DNA from: Bacillus subtilis subsp. subtilis str. 168
Lineage (GTDB): Bacteria; Bacillota; Bacilli; Bacillales; Bacillaceae
Length of the DNA stretch: 64,000 nucleotides
Direction of reading: 5' to 3'
NCBI RefSeq assembly: GCF_000009045.1
Contig: NC_000964.3
Location: forward strand, 2,232,001 to 2,296,000
Each line of letters opens with the position of its first letter. Positions within the stretch are counted from its first letter, which is position 1. Made by a program: the position numbers and the translations under genes. A model generated the notes under the pieces. That model saw only the letters and a list, made by a program, of their open reading frames with translations, did no database searches and was not told the origin of the DNA. Of this stretch, positions 20,101-30,436 are shown piece after piece.

Positions 20101-23100
20101 ATCCTGAAGAATTAGAAAAATTCTCCTCTTCTTTAGGAAAGCTTCAAGAAAAAATGCAAAAAGCTTTAGATTCAGGCGATGAAAAAGCTTTCGATAACGC
20201 AAAAAAAGATCTTCAAAGTCTCTTGGAAACATACTCCAAATCCGATTCTTCTATTGATGTTTTTAAAATGAGCTTCGACAAAGCACAGAAGAACATAAAA
20301 GATGGAGATAAGAGCTTATCTTCCGTCAAATCTGAAGTTGGTGATTTAGGTGAGACGCTGGCAGAAGCAGGTAACGAGGCAGAAGATTTTGGTAAGAAGC
20401 TAAAAGAAGCTCTGGATGCAAATAGTGTTGATGATATTAAGGCAGCTATTAAAGAAATGTCAGATGCTATGCAGTTCGATTCCGTTCAAGATGTCTTAAA
20501 TGGGGATATTTTTAATAACACCAAAGATCAAGTAGCTCCTCTCAATGATCTTCTGGAAAAAATGGCTGAAGGTAAAAGTATTTCTGCAAATGAAGCTAAT
20601 ACCCTTATTCAAAAAGATAAGGAACTTGCCCAGGCTATTAGCATCGAAAATGGCGTTGTGAAAATTAACCGTGATGAAGTTATCAAACAAAGAAAAGTTA
20701 AACTTGATGCTTATAACGACATGGTTACCTACAGCAATAAATTGATGAAAACAGAAGTTAACAACGCTATCAAAACTTTAAACGCTGATACCTTACGGAT
20801 TGACAGCCTGAAAAAGCTACGAAAAGAACGAAAGCTTGATATGTCTGAGGCCGAACTGTCAGACCTAGAAGTTAAGTCAATTAATAATGTTGCAGATGCA
20901 AAAAAAGAACTTAAAAAGCTTGAAGAGAAAATGCTTCAACCTGGTGGATACTCCAATAGTCAAATTGAAGCAATGCAAAGCGTTAAATCAGCTTTAGAAT
21001 CTTATATTTCTGCATCTGAAGAAGCCACCAGTACACAAGAAATGAATAAACAGGCACTTGTTGAAGCTGGAACATCATTGGAGAATTGGACAGATCAACA
21101 AGAAAAAGCCAATGAAGAAACCAAGACTTCCATGTATGTTGTTGATAAATACAAGGAAGCATTAGAAAAAGTTAATGCTGAGATTGACAAGTACAACAAG
21201 CAGGTCAATGATTATCCTAAATACTCTCAGAAATATCGAGATGCAATCAAGAAAGAAATTAAAGCACTTCAGCAAAAGAAAAAGCTTATGCAGGAACAAG
21301 CTAAGCTGCTTAAAGATCAAATTAAATCCGGTAACATTACTCAATACGGTATTGTAACCTCTACAACTTCTTCTGGTGGAACCCCCTCCTCAACTGGTGG
21401 ATCATATTCAGGCAAGTATTCAAGCTACATAAATTCAGCAGCTAGTAAATACAATGTTGACCCTGCCCTTATTGCAGCTGTAATTCAGCAAGAATCAGGG
21501 TTTAATGCTAAAGCACGATCTGGTGTAGGTGCCATGGGATTAATGCAACTGATGCCAGCAACAGCAAAAAGCTTAGGAGTAAATAACGCTTACGATCCTT
21601 ATCAAAATGTTATGGGTGGAACAAAGTACCTCGCCCAACAACTTGAAAAGTTTGGCGGTAATGTTGAAAAAGCATTGGCTGCATATAATGCTGGGCCTGG
21701 TAACGTAATTAAATATGGTGGTATCCCTCCTTTTAAAGAAACACAGAATTACGTCAAGAAGATCATGGCCAACTATAGCAAATCGCTCTCATCTGCCACT
21801 TCTTCAATCGCCAGCTATTATACAAATAATAGCGCTTTTAGGGTAAGCTCCAAATATGGACAACAGGAATCTGGTCTCCGCTCCTCCCCACACAAAGGAA
21901 CTGATTTTGCTGCAAAAGCAGGTACAGCAATTAAATCTCTTCAAAGTGGTAAAGTCCAAATTGCTGGCTACAGTAAAACTGCAGGTAACTGGGTTGTTAT
22001 TAAACAGGATGATGGAACAGTTGCCAAGTACATGCACATGCTTAACACTCCTTCTGTAAAAGCAGGTCAATCAGTTAAAGCCGGTCAAACTATTGGTAAA
22101 GTTGGTAGTACAGGGAACTCGACTGGGAACCACCTTCATTTACAGATCGAACAAAATGGAAAAACAATCGATCCTGAAAAGTACATGCAAGGTATTGGAA
22201 CTTCTATTTCAGATGCGTCACAAGCTGAGGCAGAACGACAACAAGGGATAGCTCAGGCTAAATCTGATCTTCTCTCCCTCCAAGGAGATATCAGTTCAGT
22301 CAATGATCAGATTCAAGAACTTCAGTATGAACTAGTTCAATCTAAACTCGATGAGTTTGATAAAAGAATTGGAGATTTTGATGTTCGGATAGCAAAAGAT
22401 GAGTCAATGGCTAACAGATACACTTCTGACAGCAAGGAATTCCGAAAATACACCTCTGATCAGAAAAAAGCTGTGGCAGAGCAAGCTAAAATCCAACAAC
22501 AAAAAGTTAATTGGATTCAAAAAGAAATTAAAACAAATAAAGCATTGAACTCCGCTCAACGTGCACAGCTTCAAGAAGAGCTTAAACAGGCCAAGCTAGA
22601 TTTAATTTCTGTTCAAGACCAGGTTCGTGAGCTACAGAAACAACTTGTTCAATCTAAAGTTGATGAGACACTTAAGTCAATTGAAAAGTCATCTTCTAAA
22701 ACCCAAGGGAAAATTAAAGATGTCGATAACAAAATTTCAATGACTGAAGAAGATGAAGACAAGGTTAAATACTATAGCAAGCAAATAAAGCTCATTCAAC
22801 AACAACAAAAGGAAGCGAAGAAATACATTAAGCAGCTTGAAGAACAAAAGAAAGCTGCGAAAGGTTTCCCTGACATCCAGGAACAGATCACTGAAGAAAT
22901 CGAAAACTGGAAAGATAAACAGAAAGATTTTAACCTTGAGCTTTATAACACCAAGAAGTCGATCAAGGATATCTATAAATCATTGGCTGATGAAGTTGTA
23001 TCCATCTACAAAGAGATGTACGAAAAAATGCGTGATATTGAGTTAGAAGCGCATCAGAAAGCGACTCAAGACTTGATCGATGAGATAGACAAGACTGATG

Positions 23101-24011
23101 ACGAGGCTAAATTTCAAAAAGAATTAAAAGAAAGACAAGACAGTATTCAAAAGTTGACTGACCAAATTAATCAATACTCTCTTGATGATTCTGAATTCGG
23201 AAAGTCAAAAGTCAAAGAACTAACTGAACAGCTTCAAAAAGAGCAGTTAGACCTTGATGATTTTCTAAAGGATCGCGAAAGTAACAAACGGAAAGAAGCG
23301 CTCCAAGATCAGCTCGAAAAAGATGAGGAGTCAATCAACAATAAATACGATAATCTTGTAAATGATGAACGAGCCTTTAAAAAGCTTGAGGATAAGATTA
23401 TGAATGGAAAAATCACCGATATCGCTAAGCAGCTTAATGAGTTTTCTAAGTTTATTAATACCAATATGGAGTCCATTGGAAAAAGTATTTCAAACAACCT
23501 GATTGATAAACTCAAAGAAGCATCTAATGCACTGAATACTGCTGTCAAAGGCAACACGACAGGTAAAAAAGTATCCTCTTTCGCTTCTGGAGGGTACACT
23601 GGAACAGGATTAGGTGCTGGTAAACTTGCATTCCTACATGACAAAGAACTGATCTTAAATAAAACTGACACAGCCAACATCCTTGATACGGTAAAAGCTG
23701 TTCGTGAAACCGCTGTGGACGATTCCCCAAAATGGGGCCAAGGAGTAAAATTAGCAGACCTTATTAAAAAAGGAATTACTTCTATTCCTTCATTAGTTCC
23801 TAACGTTAATCAATCAATGTTAACAAACAGTTTAATTCCAAATTTAAAGAAGATTGAGATCCCCTCAAAAACAATTGCTTCTTCTGGAGATAAAACAATT
23901 AATTTAACGAATACTTTCCACATTGATAAGCTAATAGGAGGAGAATCGGGAGCGAGATCGATGTTTGAAAGCATTAAAAACGAAGTTGTAAAACTAAATG
24001 GTAGCATGTAA
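17154..24011 (+). CDS. cwlP: Tail tape measure protein with lytic transglycosylase (SLT) and M23 peptidase domains, 2285 aa, TTG start
   Basis: Tape-measure core; SLT motifs [16 protein letters not shown] and AYNAG; M23 motifs HKGTDF and HLHL; long coiled coils. Confidence 0.95.
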   Translation: MSQNLKIILTPQADTSSKTVEQLNQQIKSLEKKLNSLKLNTNIDSTTLKALQEFSSAIDTYQKNLKSYNQTVKETSTVIKNADGSVEKLTQQYKKNGEILQRETKIINNRNTALKQETQEVNKLTQATEKLGQVQKKTVQRNLQGQPTKVVQKNRHGFDDIVYTTDPKTNSTSSKTTTNYDQQRRAIEQLKQDLEKLRQQGIVTDTTISSLGRKINTAQSAQQIEALQNRIRMLDDKSAAVAKNNELKKTIELYQRQAQVNVQNLNTRYGSSMGSSNRQAVQDYLNAVNSLNVSTGSNNIRSQIQSLNMQFRELASNAQTAANQASSFGAELTQTFKSMSTYLISGSLFYGAISGLKEMVSQAIEIDTLMTNIRRVMNEPDYKYNELLQESIDLGDTLSNKITDILQMTGDFGRMGFDESELSTLTKTAQVLQNVSDLTPDDTVNTLTAAMLNFNIAANDSISIADKLNEVDNNYAVTTLDLANSIRKAGSTASTFGVELNDLIGYTTAIASTTRESGNIVGNSLKTIFARIGNNQSSIKALEQIGISVKTAGGEAKSASDLISEVAGKWDTLSDAQKQNTSIGVAGIYQLSRFNAMMNNFSIAQNAAKTAANSTGSAWSEQQKYADSLQARVNKLQNNFTEFAIAASDAFISDGLIEFTQAAGSLLNASTGVIKSVGFLPPLLAAVSTATLLLSKNTRTLASSLILGTRAMGQETLATAGLEAGMTRAAVASRVLKTALRGLLVSTLVGGAFAALGWALESLISSFAEAKKAKDDFEQSQQTNVEAITTNKDSTDKLIQQYKELQKVKESRSLTSDEEQEYLQVTQQLAQTFPALVKGYDSQGNAILKTNKELEKAIENTKEYLALKKQETRDSAKKTFEDASKEIKKSKDELKQYKQIADYNDKGRPKWDLIADDDDYKVAADKAKQSMLKAQSDIESGNAKVKDSVLSIANAYSSIDISNTLKTSISDVVNKLNLKDDLDPEELEKFSSSLGKLQEKMQKALDSGDEKAFDNAKKDLQSLLETYSKSDSSIDVFKMSFDKAQKNIKDGDKSLSSVKSEVGDLGETLAEAGNEAEDFGKKLKEALDANSVDDIKAAIKEMSDAMQFDSVQDVLNGDIFNNTKDQVAPLNDLLEKMAEGKSISANEANTLIQKDKELAQAISIENGVVKINRDEVIKQRKVKLDAYNDMVTYSNKLMKTEVNNAIKTLNADTLRIDSLKKLRKERKLDMSEAELSDLEVKSINNVADAKKELKKLEEKMLQPGGYSNSQIEAMQSVKSALESYISASEEATSTQEMNKQALVEAGTSLENWTDQQEKANEETKTSMYVVDKYKEALEKVNAEIDKYNKQVNDYPKYSQKYRDAIKKEIKALQQKKKLMQEQAKLLKDQIKSGNITQYGIVTSTTSSGGTPSSTGGSYSGKYSSYINSAASKYNVDPALIAAVIQQESGFNAKARSGVGAMGLMQLMPATAKSLGVNNAYDPYQNVMGGTKYLAQQLEKFGGNVEKALAAYNAGPGNVIKYGGIPPFKETQNYVKKIMANYSKSLSSATSSIASYYTNNSAFRVSSKYGQQESGLRSSPHKGTDFAAKAGTAIKSLQSGKVQIAGYSKTAGNWVVIKQDDGTVAKYMHMLNTPSVKAGQSVKAGQTIGKVGSTGNSTGNHLHLQIEQNGKTIDPEKYMQGIGTSISDASQAEAERQQGIAQAKSDLLSLQGDISSVNDQIQELQYELVQSKLDEFDKRIGDFDVRIAKDESMANRYTSDSKEFRKYTSDQKKAVAEQAKIQQQKVNWIQKEIKTNKALNSAQRAQLQEELKQAKLDLISVQDQVRELQKQLVQSKVDETLKSIEKSSSKTQGKIKDVDNKISMTEEDEDKVKYYSKQIKLIQQQQKEAKKYIKQLEEQKKAAKGFPDIQEQITEEIENWKDKQKDFNLELYNTKKSIKDIYKSLADEVVSIYKEMYEKMRDIELEAHQKATQDLIDEIDKTDDEAKFQKELKERQDSIQKLTDQINQYSLDDSEFGKSKVKELTEQLQKEQLDLDDFLKDRESNKRKEALQDQLEKDEESINNKYDNLVNDERAFKKLEDKIMNGKITDIAKQLNEFSKFINTNMESIGKSISNNLIDKLKEASNALNTAVKGNTTGKKVSSFASGGYTGTGLGAGKLAFLHDKELILNKTDTANILDTVKAVRETAVDDSPKWGQGVKLADLIKKGITSIPSLVPNVNQSMLTNSLIPNLKKIEIPSKTIASSGDKTINLTNTFHIDKLIGGESGARSMFESIKNEVVKLNGSM

Positions 24012-24038
24012 GAGTCTGCAAAAGCAGACTCTTTATTT
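24010..24038 (+). terminator. Terminator-like hairpin after cwlP
   Basis: Perfect 10-bp stem AAGAGTCTGC/GCAGACTCTT, 4-nt loop, T-rich tail. Confidence 0.75.
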
Positions 24039-24061
24039 AACTTAACTTGAGGTGGAAACTC

Positions 24062-24820
24062 ATGATTAGAGAAAGTCAATACTTTATGTTCAATAATATC
24101 CCTTCTTATGAATTAGGAGCCGTAAATGTAAATACAGAAGGAGGACTTTTAGAGGAGTCGTTTATTGCAAATAGAACAGTAAATGAAACATACACTAGGC
24201 TATCTTCAGAACCATATGTAGACAATGTCAAACTTGAGCCATATGAGATCCCATTGAATTTTTACATAGAAAATCATCTAGATGAAAAAAATGTTCGAAG
24301 AGTTGCTCGTTGGTTAAATGTAGATGATTATAAACCTCTCTCCTTTAGTAGAAATTTAGACATAATTTATTTTGCCTTGCCAATAAACGCTACAGATTTA
24401 GTTCATAACTGTTCTAACGATGGATATGTGAAGCTCACAATGAAGGTATTCCCCTATAAATATGGACAAGAAACAACAACTCATTGGTTTGATGTCACAT
24501 CAGGTGTTAAGAATATTGAAATTGAAAACATAGGAGATGTGGACATTCCGTTATCTCTTGAATTTAAGAAGATAGGCGACGGTGACATAACTGTTGAGAA
24601 CTTAACTTTATATAGAACACCTCTGAAGTTTACGGGAATAAAACATCATGAAGTTATCAATGTTGATTCCAATAAAAAATTGATCACTTCAAGTATTTCG
24701 GGTTATGAATGTTATGACCAAGTAAATGAAGAGTATGTGATTTTAACAAGAGGTAAAAACAGAATTAAAATAAATGGTGAGTGCTATATTCGATTAAAAT
24801 ACCGATACAAATATTTATAG
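24062..24820 (+). CDS. yomH: Distal tail protein (Dit), 252 aa
   Basis: SD GAGGTGG; directly after the tape measure; LTRGKNRIKI C-terminal motif. Confidence 0.8.
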   Translation: MIRESQYFMFNNIPSYELGAVNVNTEGGLLEESFIANRTVNETYTRLSSEPYVDNVKLEPYEIPLNFYIENHLDEKNVRRVARWLNVDDYKPLSFSRNLDIIYFALPINATDLVHNCSNDGYVKLTMKVFPYKYGQETTTHWFDVTSGVKNIEIENIGDVDIPLSLEFKKIGDGDITVENLTLYRTPLKFTGIKHHEVINVDSNKKLITSSISGYECYDQVNEEYVILTRGKNRIKINGECYIRLKYRYKYL

Positions 24821-24831
24821 GAGGATGTATT

Positions 24832-27459
24832 TTGTTAAATAAGTTTAAACCAGGCGAAATCCTCCTTTCTTTAGCAAAACCAAATAAAAAGAAAATCGCT
24901 AATATTGCGGATTTCTCAAATGTATCTCTTAATCTAAGCTTTGCTGATTTAAATGATCTATCTTTTAATATTCCACTCAAAGCCAGGTATAATTTTTTGA
25001 TGAAGCCAAACCATGTGGCAAAACTAATGCGTGAGTGGTATCTTATCAAGGCAGAATTCTTAAACAGAGTTGAATGGTTTGTGATAACCGGTTTAACAAA
25101 ATCAGAAAATGAGGAGCAAACAATACAAGTTAGATGTCAAGGACTACCGTACATCCTTCATAAAAACAAAATAAGGTCATATCAAGGAGTTTCAAAGAAT
25201 CTACAGGAAGTGGCCACTGATTGTCTTAAAGGCACAAGACTCAATATCGGTTATATTGATCCTTCATTTAATGAAAAAAGACGATCATTTGATGTCACTT
25301 CAACAAGATATGAGTTTTTAAAAACGATATGGGAAACTTTTGAGGCAGTCCCAGTCTTCGACACTGTAAAGAACACTGTCTCTTTTTATAAGAAAGACAC
25401 AGTATCCAAGTACAAAGGTGTCCAATTCTCCCCTGAACGATTTATGATTGATATGGAAGATACCATTGATATTGATGAAGTCGTAACACGTTTAAACATC
25501 ACAGGTAAAGACGGAATTGTGATTAATTCGGTAAACCCTACTGGACAGAGTTACTTGGACGATTTTTCTTATTTTCTATATCCTTTTAAACGTGATAAAA
25601 ACAGAAATGTAATAACACACAGTGATTACATGGATGATGATTTATGTCATGCGATTTTGGATTATAATGAACTTGTCAATAAAGAAGGCTCTTCTTTCCA
25701 CCTCCTTTTAAACCAAAAAAGGGATTTAGAAACCCAAAAAACGACTCAAGAAAATAAACTCTTCACTCTTGAAAACATTGAGCTACAGCAAATTTTAGAT
25801 AAGATAACCGTAGCGAAAAAAGCCGGTGACGACACAAAAGATCTTATTAAACAAAGAGATGCAAAACTATTAGAAGTTACCGCCAAAAAAGCTGAAATAT
25901 CCAGAATAAACTCGCAAATCACAAACATTTCTCAGGAAATAGAAAAACTAAAAGACCGTTTATCGATGGACAAGTTTCTTGGTGAGGAGCTTAAGAAACA
26001 ACTGTCTTATTTTATTTTTGAAGATGATTGGACTAATGATAATATTTTTGATGAGACAGAGCTTTACGAAAAAGGGTTAGAGGAACTGAGCAATAGAAAC
26101 GCTCCCCCTGTTGATATCAGAACGAACATCGTAAACCTATTTAATGTTAATAGCGAAAAGGCATTTTGGGATAGAATATATCTCGGAGATATAATCAGGG
26201 TAGTTAATAAGAATTTCAGAACCGATGTCAAAGCAACCCTTTCAGGGATGACTTTCGATTTTGATCAACAGAGTATACAGGTTACACTCTCAAACGGGAA
26301 AAGAGCCAGGTCATTGGAACAGGAATTTGCTAATACTTTGTATACAACTAAGAAAGCATCCACAGAGTATAATAAGAAAAAAATTGATTATGATACACTT
26401 CTTGTTAATTACAATGCACGTAATGATCGTATCTCATCTCCTGTGGCAAACCCAACTATTCTTAATAACGGAACTGCAATAACACATGTTGTCAACGATA
26501 ATGGATCGGTTGATATCTCCATTGAATGGCAGTTCCCAAATTCTAAAGAGGATAAGTACAATATTGACGGATTCCTTGTCCACTGTTACTCAGATACATC
26601 TTCAGACACCTATATATTTGGATCAAAGATGTCATCTGAACAGTATCTATCGGTTAGCTATGATAAGAGAATCGCAACCCTTACAGGCCAGGTTTCAAAT
26701 AAGTATTATACGTTTGGAATTCAAGCCTACCGGACTGTTGAAGCGTCTATTGATAGCAGCGGACGTATACTTTCCGACATTATTCAACCCCAATTTCCTT
26801 CAGAGAACCCCTACCTCCCCTCTAATTCGGTTGAAGTTAAAGGAAGTCTTAGTGGAAGAGTTAATGGCCTCTATACAATCTCCACGGAAGCTAAGCCAGA
26901 AGATCCGGAAAAAGGGACAATCTGGATCAATCCAAAGAACAATAAACAAGAACTATTTAACGGAGAAGAATGGGTTGTCTCATCTGCAGGTTCAGCAGAC
27001 TCCTTGAATGGTTTTACAGCTTCAACAACGACTTCTCCAAACTCTATACCAGTGCGTAATGAATCAGGGATCATTAGTGGTTCAATAGACGGTAATGCAG
27101 AGATGCTAGGTGGACGAGCAGCATCTGATTATGCATTAGCTGAAAACATCCCCATTCCTCCCAAGTTTGCAAAAGGTATTTATACAGGAGACGGCACTCT
27201 CAGTAAGCAAATCCCCCTTACCTTTACTCCTGATTTAGTCAAAATAACTCCGATTTCACCTGAAGACAGTCAACTAGTAATTGAAAGCCAATTGGGGGGC
27301 TATGCCTATCAAGTTACTTCAACTGGACTTTCCCTTATTGGAGGAGATTTAGGATACGGTGCTTTGGGAAACAATCTATTTGTCACAGGCTCAGATAGTA
27401 ACTGCAGAGGAAATAAATTAAACGTTAAATATATCTGGGAAGCCTACCAACAAAATTAA
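24832..27459 (+). CDS. yomG: Baseplate hub/Tal-like tail protein with an FN3-like C-terminal region, 875 aa, TTG start
   Basis: SD AGGAGG; position after Dit; IYLGDIIRV motif; coiled-coil insert. Confidence 0.78.
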   Translation: MLNKFKPGEILLSLAKPNKKKIANIADFSNVSLNLSFADLNDLSFNIPLKARYNFLMKPNHVAKLMREWYLIKAEFLNRVEWFVITGLTKSENEEQTIQVRCQGLPYILHKNKIRSYQGVSKNLQEVATDCLKGTRLNIGYIDPSFNEKRRSFDVTSTRYEFLKTIWETFEAVPVFDTVKNTVSFYKKDTVSKYKGVQFSPERFMIDMEDTIDIDEVVTRLNITGKDGIVINSVNPTGQSYLDDFSYFLYPFKRDKNRNVITHSDYMDDDLCHAILDYNELVNKEGSSFHLLLNQKRDLETQKTTQENKLFTLENIELQQILDKITVAKKAGDDTKDLIKQRDAKLLEVTAKKAEISRINSQITNISQEIEKLKDRLSMDKFLGEELKKQLSYFIFEDDWTNDNIFDETELYEKGLEELSNRNAPPVDIRTNIVNLFNVNSEKAFWDRIYLGDIIRVVNKNFRTDVKATLSGMTFDFDQQSIQVTLSNGKRARSLEQEFANTLYTTKKASTEYNKKKIDYDTLLVNYNARNDRISSPVANPTILNNGTAITHVVNDNGSVDISIEWQFPNSKEDKYNIDGFLVHCYSDTSSDTYIFGSKMSSEQYLSVSYDKRIATLTGQVSNKYYTFGIQAYRTVEASIDSSGRILSDIIQPQFPSENPYLPSNSVEVKGSLSGRVNGLYTISTEAKPEDPEKGTIWINPKNNKQELFNGEEWVVSSAGSADSLNGFTASTTTSPNSIPVRNESGIISGSIDGNAEMLGGRAASDYALAENIPIPPKFAKGIYTGDGTLSKQIPLTFTPDLVKITPISPEDSQLVIESQLGGYAYQVTSTGLSLIGGDLGYGALGNNLFVTGSDSNCRGNKLNVKYIWEAYQQN

Positions 27460-27474
27460 CGGAGGTGAACTAAA

Positions 27475-28296
27475 CTGGCTGATTTTGCTAAATTATATAA
27501 TGATCCAATATTAAGTAAAAAGAGAATAGGTTCTGTTGAAGACCCCTATCTAACTTACAATGAAACATTGACAATATTTAATGGAAGAGCACTCCTAACT
27601 GAGATTCCGAACAGAGAATTTCGTGTTGAAGTTACTGGGGACAACAAGGAATGGCGAGAGATTGAAGATGGAGAACTTGACGACAACTATTTTAAGGTTG
27701 ATTACCTTATGGGAGTTGTCTTTTTTAATGCTTCAAATGAAGGAAAATCGCTAACCTTTAATTATAGTGGTGAAGGAGCTTCCTTCTTCCCTGCCTCTCG
27801 AATTTGGATAAAACGACAAGGGAATATGGTTATTGAAACTCTTCAAGGACTTATCGATGAAGCTGAAGATACAATAATTCGAATGAATGAACGTATAGCT
27901 GAATGTGAACGAGTTACAAAACGATGCCAAGAAGTGACAGCCTGGTGTAGACAGGCTACATCAAATTATGAAGAAGTTGTAGAAAACACAAGAAAAATTT
28001 ATAAACCATCTGTCTATACCTATTCAGATATTTTCACCTATTACCCAACCCCACAGATTGGTTGGACGGTGACTGTTAAAGAAACAAAAATCGTTTATCG
28101 ATGGGATGGATTTGAGTGGGTAGATATTGGAACTTCCGAAGTATATGAAGGTTTTAATATACTCCTAAGCGCAACAGAACCATTTAATGCAAATTATATC
28201 TGGTATAAGGATGCCTCTTTTTCACCTGAGAAAAAACGAGTTGTTGTTTCAGATACAGCACCAGATTCAGGACAAGTATGGTACAAAACTGACTAA
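27475..28296 (+). CDS. yomF: Phage tail protein, 273 aa, probable CTG start
   Basis: GGAGGTG at 27461-27467 followed by in-frame CTG at 27475; the track's TTG at 27568 has no SD. Confidence 0.7.
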   Translation: MADFAKLYNDPILSKKRIGSVEDPYLTYNETLTIFNGRALLTEIPNREFRVEVTGDNKEWREIEDGELDDNYFKVDYLMGVVFFNASNEGKSLTFNYSGEGASFFPASRIWIKRQGNMVIETLQGLIDEAEDTIIRMNERIAECERVTKRCQEVTAWCRQATSNYEEVVENTRKIYKPSVYTYSDIFTYYPTPQIGWTVTVKETKIVYRWDGFEWVDIGTSEVYEGFNILLSATEPFNANYIWYKDASFSPEKKRVVVSDTAPDSGQVWYKTD

Positions 28297-28318
28297 GATC
28301 CCCTCCGGGATCTTTTTT
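28295..28318 (+). terminator. Terminator-like hairpin after yomF
   Basis: AAGATCCC-ctcc-GGGATCTT followed by a T run. Confidence 0.75.
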
Positions 28319-28332
28319 ATTGGAGGAAAGTT

Positions 28333-30267
28333 ATGGCTGGTTTTTATAGATATGATCAAAATTTAGATAAATATGTTCCGATGCCTGTTGAACTACTAGC
28401 TTCAGAAGGAGAAGAATACACCGCTCCTAAGATTACTCAGAAGTTTAATGAAGTAGAAACGAAAACAACAGAAATTTTAAACAAGGTATTAACTGATGAC
28501 AGATATTTTACAGTAACAAGTTCTTTTAAACAGGATGCCACACTTGGTATTGAGTACTATGTTACAAAGGTTACTCCTAAAACAACCGAAGCTAAAAAAA
28601 GTATGGTGCAAAAAACGTTTGCATATGACTTTGAAAAATCCATTGATCCCACATCTTCTTATTTTGGTACAACAAATCGTGAAACAGTTTTAAGTATGGC
28701 AAAACGAAAAAGATCTGTTGTTGCAATAAACGCTAGTGGTTGGCGATCAAATGGTGAAGTCATGGGGCTTCAAATTAAAGACGGAGTTCTCTACAAAGAT
28801 TATGACGCTGCTGGATACACAGGCGCTGAGGCTTGTGTATTTTTTGATGATGGAACTATGAAGGTTTACGGAAACAGAGAAGTTGATGCCGACATCCTAA
28901 TTTCTAAAGGCGCACGAAACTCTTTTGCTTTTGGCATTTGGCTAGTTAAAGATTCTAAGCCAAGAACGGCTCAAATGACTACATGGGCAGATTTAAATGT
29001 TAAGCATCCTCGACAAGCCATTGGGCAAAGATCTGATGGTACACTAGTTATCATTACTGTAGATGGCCGCTCACTTCGATCCAGTGGTATTACAGCTTAT
29101 GATATGCCATCTTTATTTTTATCTGAAGGCTGTATTAATGCATTTCTTTTAGATGGTGGTGGAAGCTCTCAAACTGCTGTTGAAGGAAAATATATTAATA
29201 ACATTAGTGATGGCATTGAACGTGCAGTGGTCGATACCTTAACAATTTCATATCCTGATGACGATACAGATAGCAGATTTTTTGAAGTTCAAGAAGGAAG
29301 AGGTTTGGCAACAAGTCTAAACAGACGTGTAGAGTTTATTGAATCCAAGCCTACTTGGAATGTATTAGATTTAGGCTTCTCACCAGATGGCTTAATCGAT
29401 AATACAGCTAAGTTTAAAAAAGCCCTTAGTGATTTATCTGAAAAAGGTGGAGGGAAACTACATTTTCCGAAAGGTACATATTTAATCGGTAAGCAGAATA
29501 CAACTAGCGCTAGTGAAAAAATTGAACTCCCTTCAAATGTCTCAATTGTTGGTGAAAGACGATCCTACACTAAACTCCTTCGAAATCCAAATCACTCACT
29601 TGATGAATTGTTGCGAATCACAGATCACAATTATATAGAAGGCATTGAAATTGATGGCAATAGCAGTGTAAATAAGAGTAGCTGCCGATTGATCGCAGGT
29701 GGAAATATAAAATCATTTAAAATGAAAGACTGCAGCTTGGTTAATGCTACAGACCGAGGAGTGAGTATTCACGGGATCGGCAAGTCTATAACGATTGAAG
29801 GAATGTATATTTCCAATATAGCCAACGAGTGCATCAACGTTGCTGAAGGAGAAATTATTAAACTAATTGACTCTGAGATCACATTTAGCGGTACTGCCCT
29901 TTGGGTGGGTAATGCTGCAAATATCTTCACTAAGAATAACCTCGCAAAATCCTTAAAAACCTTCGTCCGGTACAAAAACTCTCAAAATGCAATTTGTTCA
30001 GGAAACATTATCACTAATAATATTGATCGCGCAATTTGGGGATCTGTAAGAGAAGCTGTTTTCTCTGATAATGTTTTCAAGCAATGCCACTCTGATTATC
30101 ACCTTTACTTTATTCAAGAAGACACTGGAACAAACGATTTAATTGTAACTGGAAACTCAGTTTATAGTGATGTTGAAGGAACAGCTTTCATTAGAACTCC
30201 ATCAGATATAGACAGAAGACGAGTGTCGGGTAACGTAGGTAATATACCTAGCTTGAACTTGGATTAA
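28333..30267 (+). CDS. yomE: Putative tail spike: phosphodiester glycosidase (NAGPA-like) domain plus pectate-lyase-like beta-helix, 644 aa
   Basis: AINASG, HPRQAIGQ, ITVDGR and LDGGGSS motifs; then FSPDGLIDNTAKF...LHFPKGTYLI beta-helix start. Confidence 0.85.
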   Translation: MAGFYRYDQNLDKYVPMPVELLASEGEEYTAPKITQKFNEVETKTTEILNKVLTDDRYFTVTSSFKQDATLGIEYYVTKVTPKTTEAKKSMVQKTFAYDFEKSIDPTSSYFGTTNRETVLSMAKRKRSVVAINASGWRSNGEVMGLQIKDGVLYKDYDAAGYTGAEACVFFDDGTMKVYGNREVDADILISKGARNSFAFGIWLVKDSKPRTAQMTTWADLNVKHPRQAIGQRSDGTLVIITVDGRSLRSSGITAYDMPSLFLSEGCINAFLLDGGGSSQTAVEGKYINNISDGIERAVVDTLTISYPDDDTDSRFFEVQEGRGLATSLNRRVEFIESKPTWNVLDLGFSPDGLIDNTAKFKKALSDLSEKGGGKLHFPKGTYLIGKQNTTSASEKIELPSNVSIVGERRSYTKLLRNPNHSLDELLRITDHNYIEGIEIDGNSSVNKSSCRLIAGGNIKSFKMKDCSLVNATDRGVSIHGIGKSITIEGMYISNIANECINVAEGEIIKLIDSEITFSGTALWVGNAANIFTKNNLAKSLKTFVRYKNSQNAICSGNIITNNIDRAIWGSVREAVFSDNVFKQCHSDYHLYFIQEDTGTNDLIVTGNSVYSDVEGTAFIRTPSDIDRRRVSGNVGNIPSLNLD

Positions 30268-30355
30268 GAATAAAGGAACAATAAAGGTGGTGGTTACGTT
30301 CTAGATAAAATATAGATTTTATTCAAAATACATACTTGAAAAACAGAGATAACAA

Positions 30356-30413
30356 GAGCATACGTGAGATAAAGAGAGATTGGGTTTAGTCCCCTTCTCT
30401 CTTTTTTGTGCTC
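30356..30413 (+). terminator. Extended hairpin/terminator after yomE, upstream of yomD
   Basis: Nested stems GAGCA/TGCTC, AAAGAGAGA/TCTCTCTTT and GGG/CCC, with a T6 run. Confidence 0.6.
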
Positions 30414-30436
30414 AAATTTAATTATTAGGTGGATAG

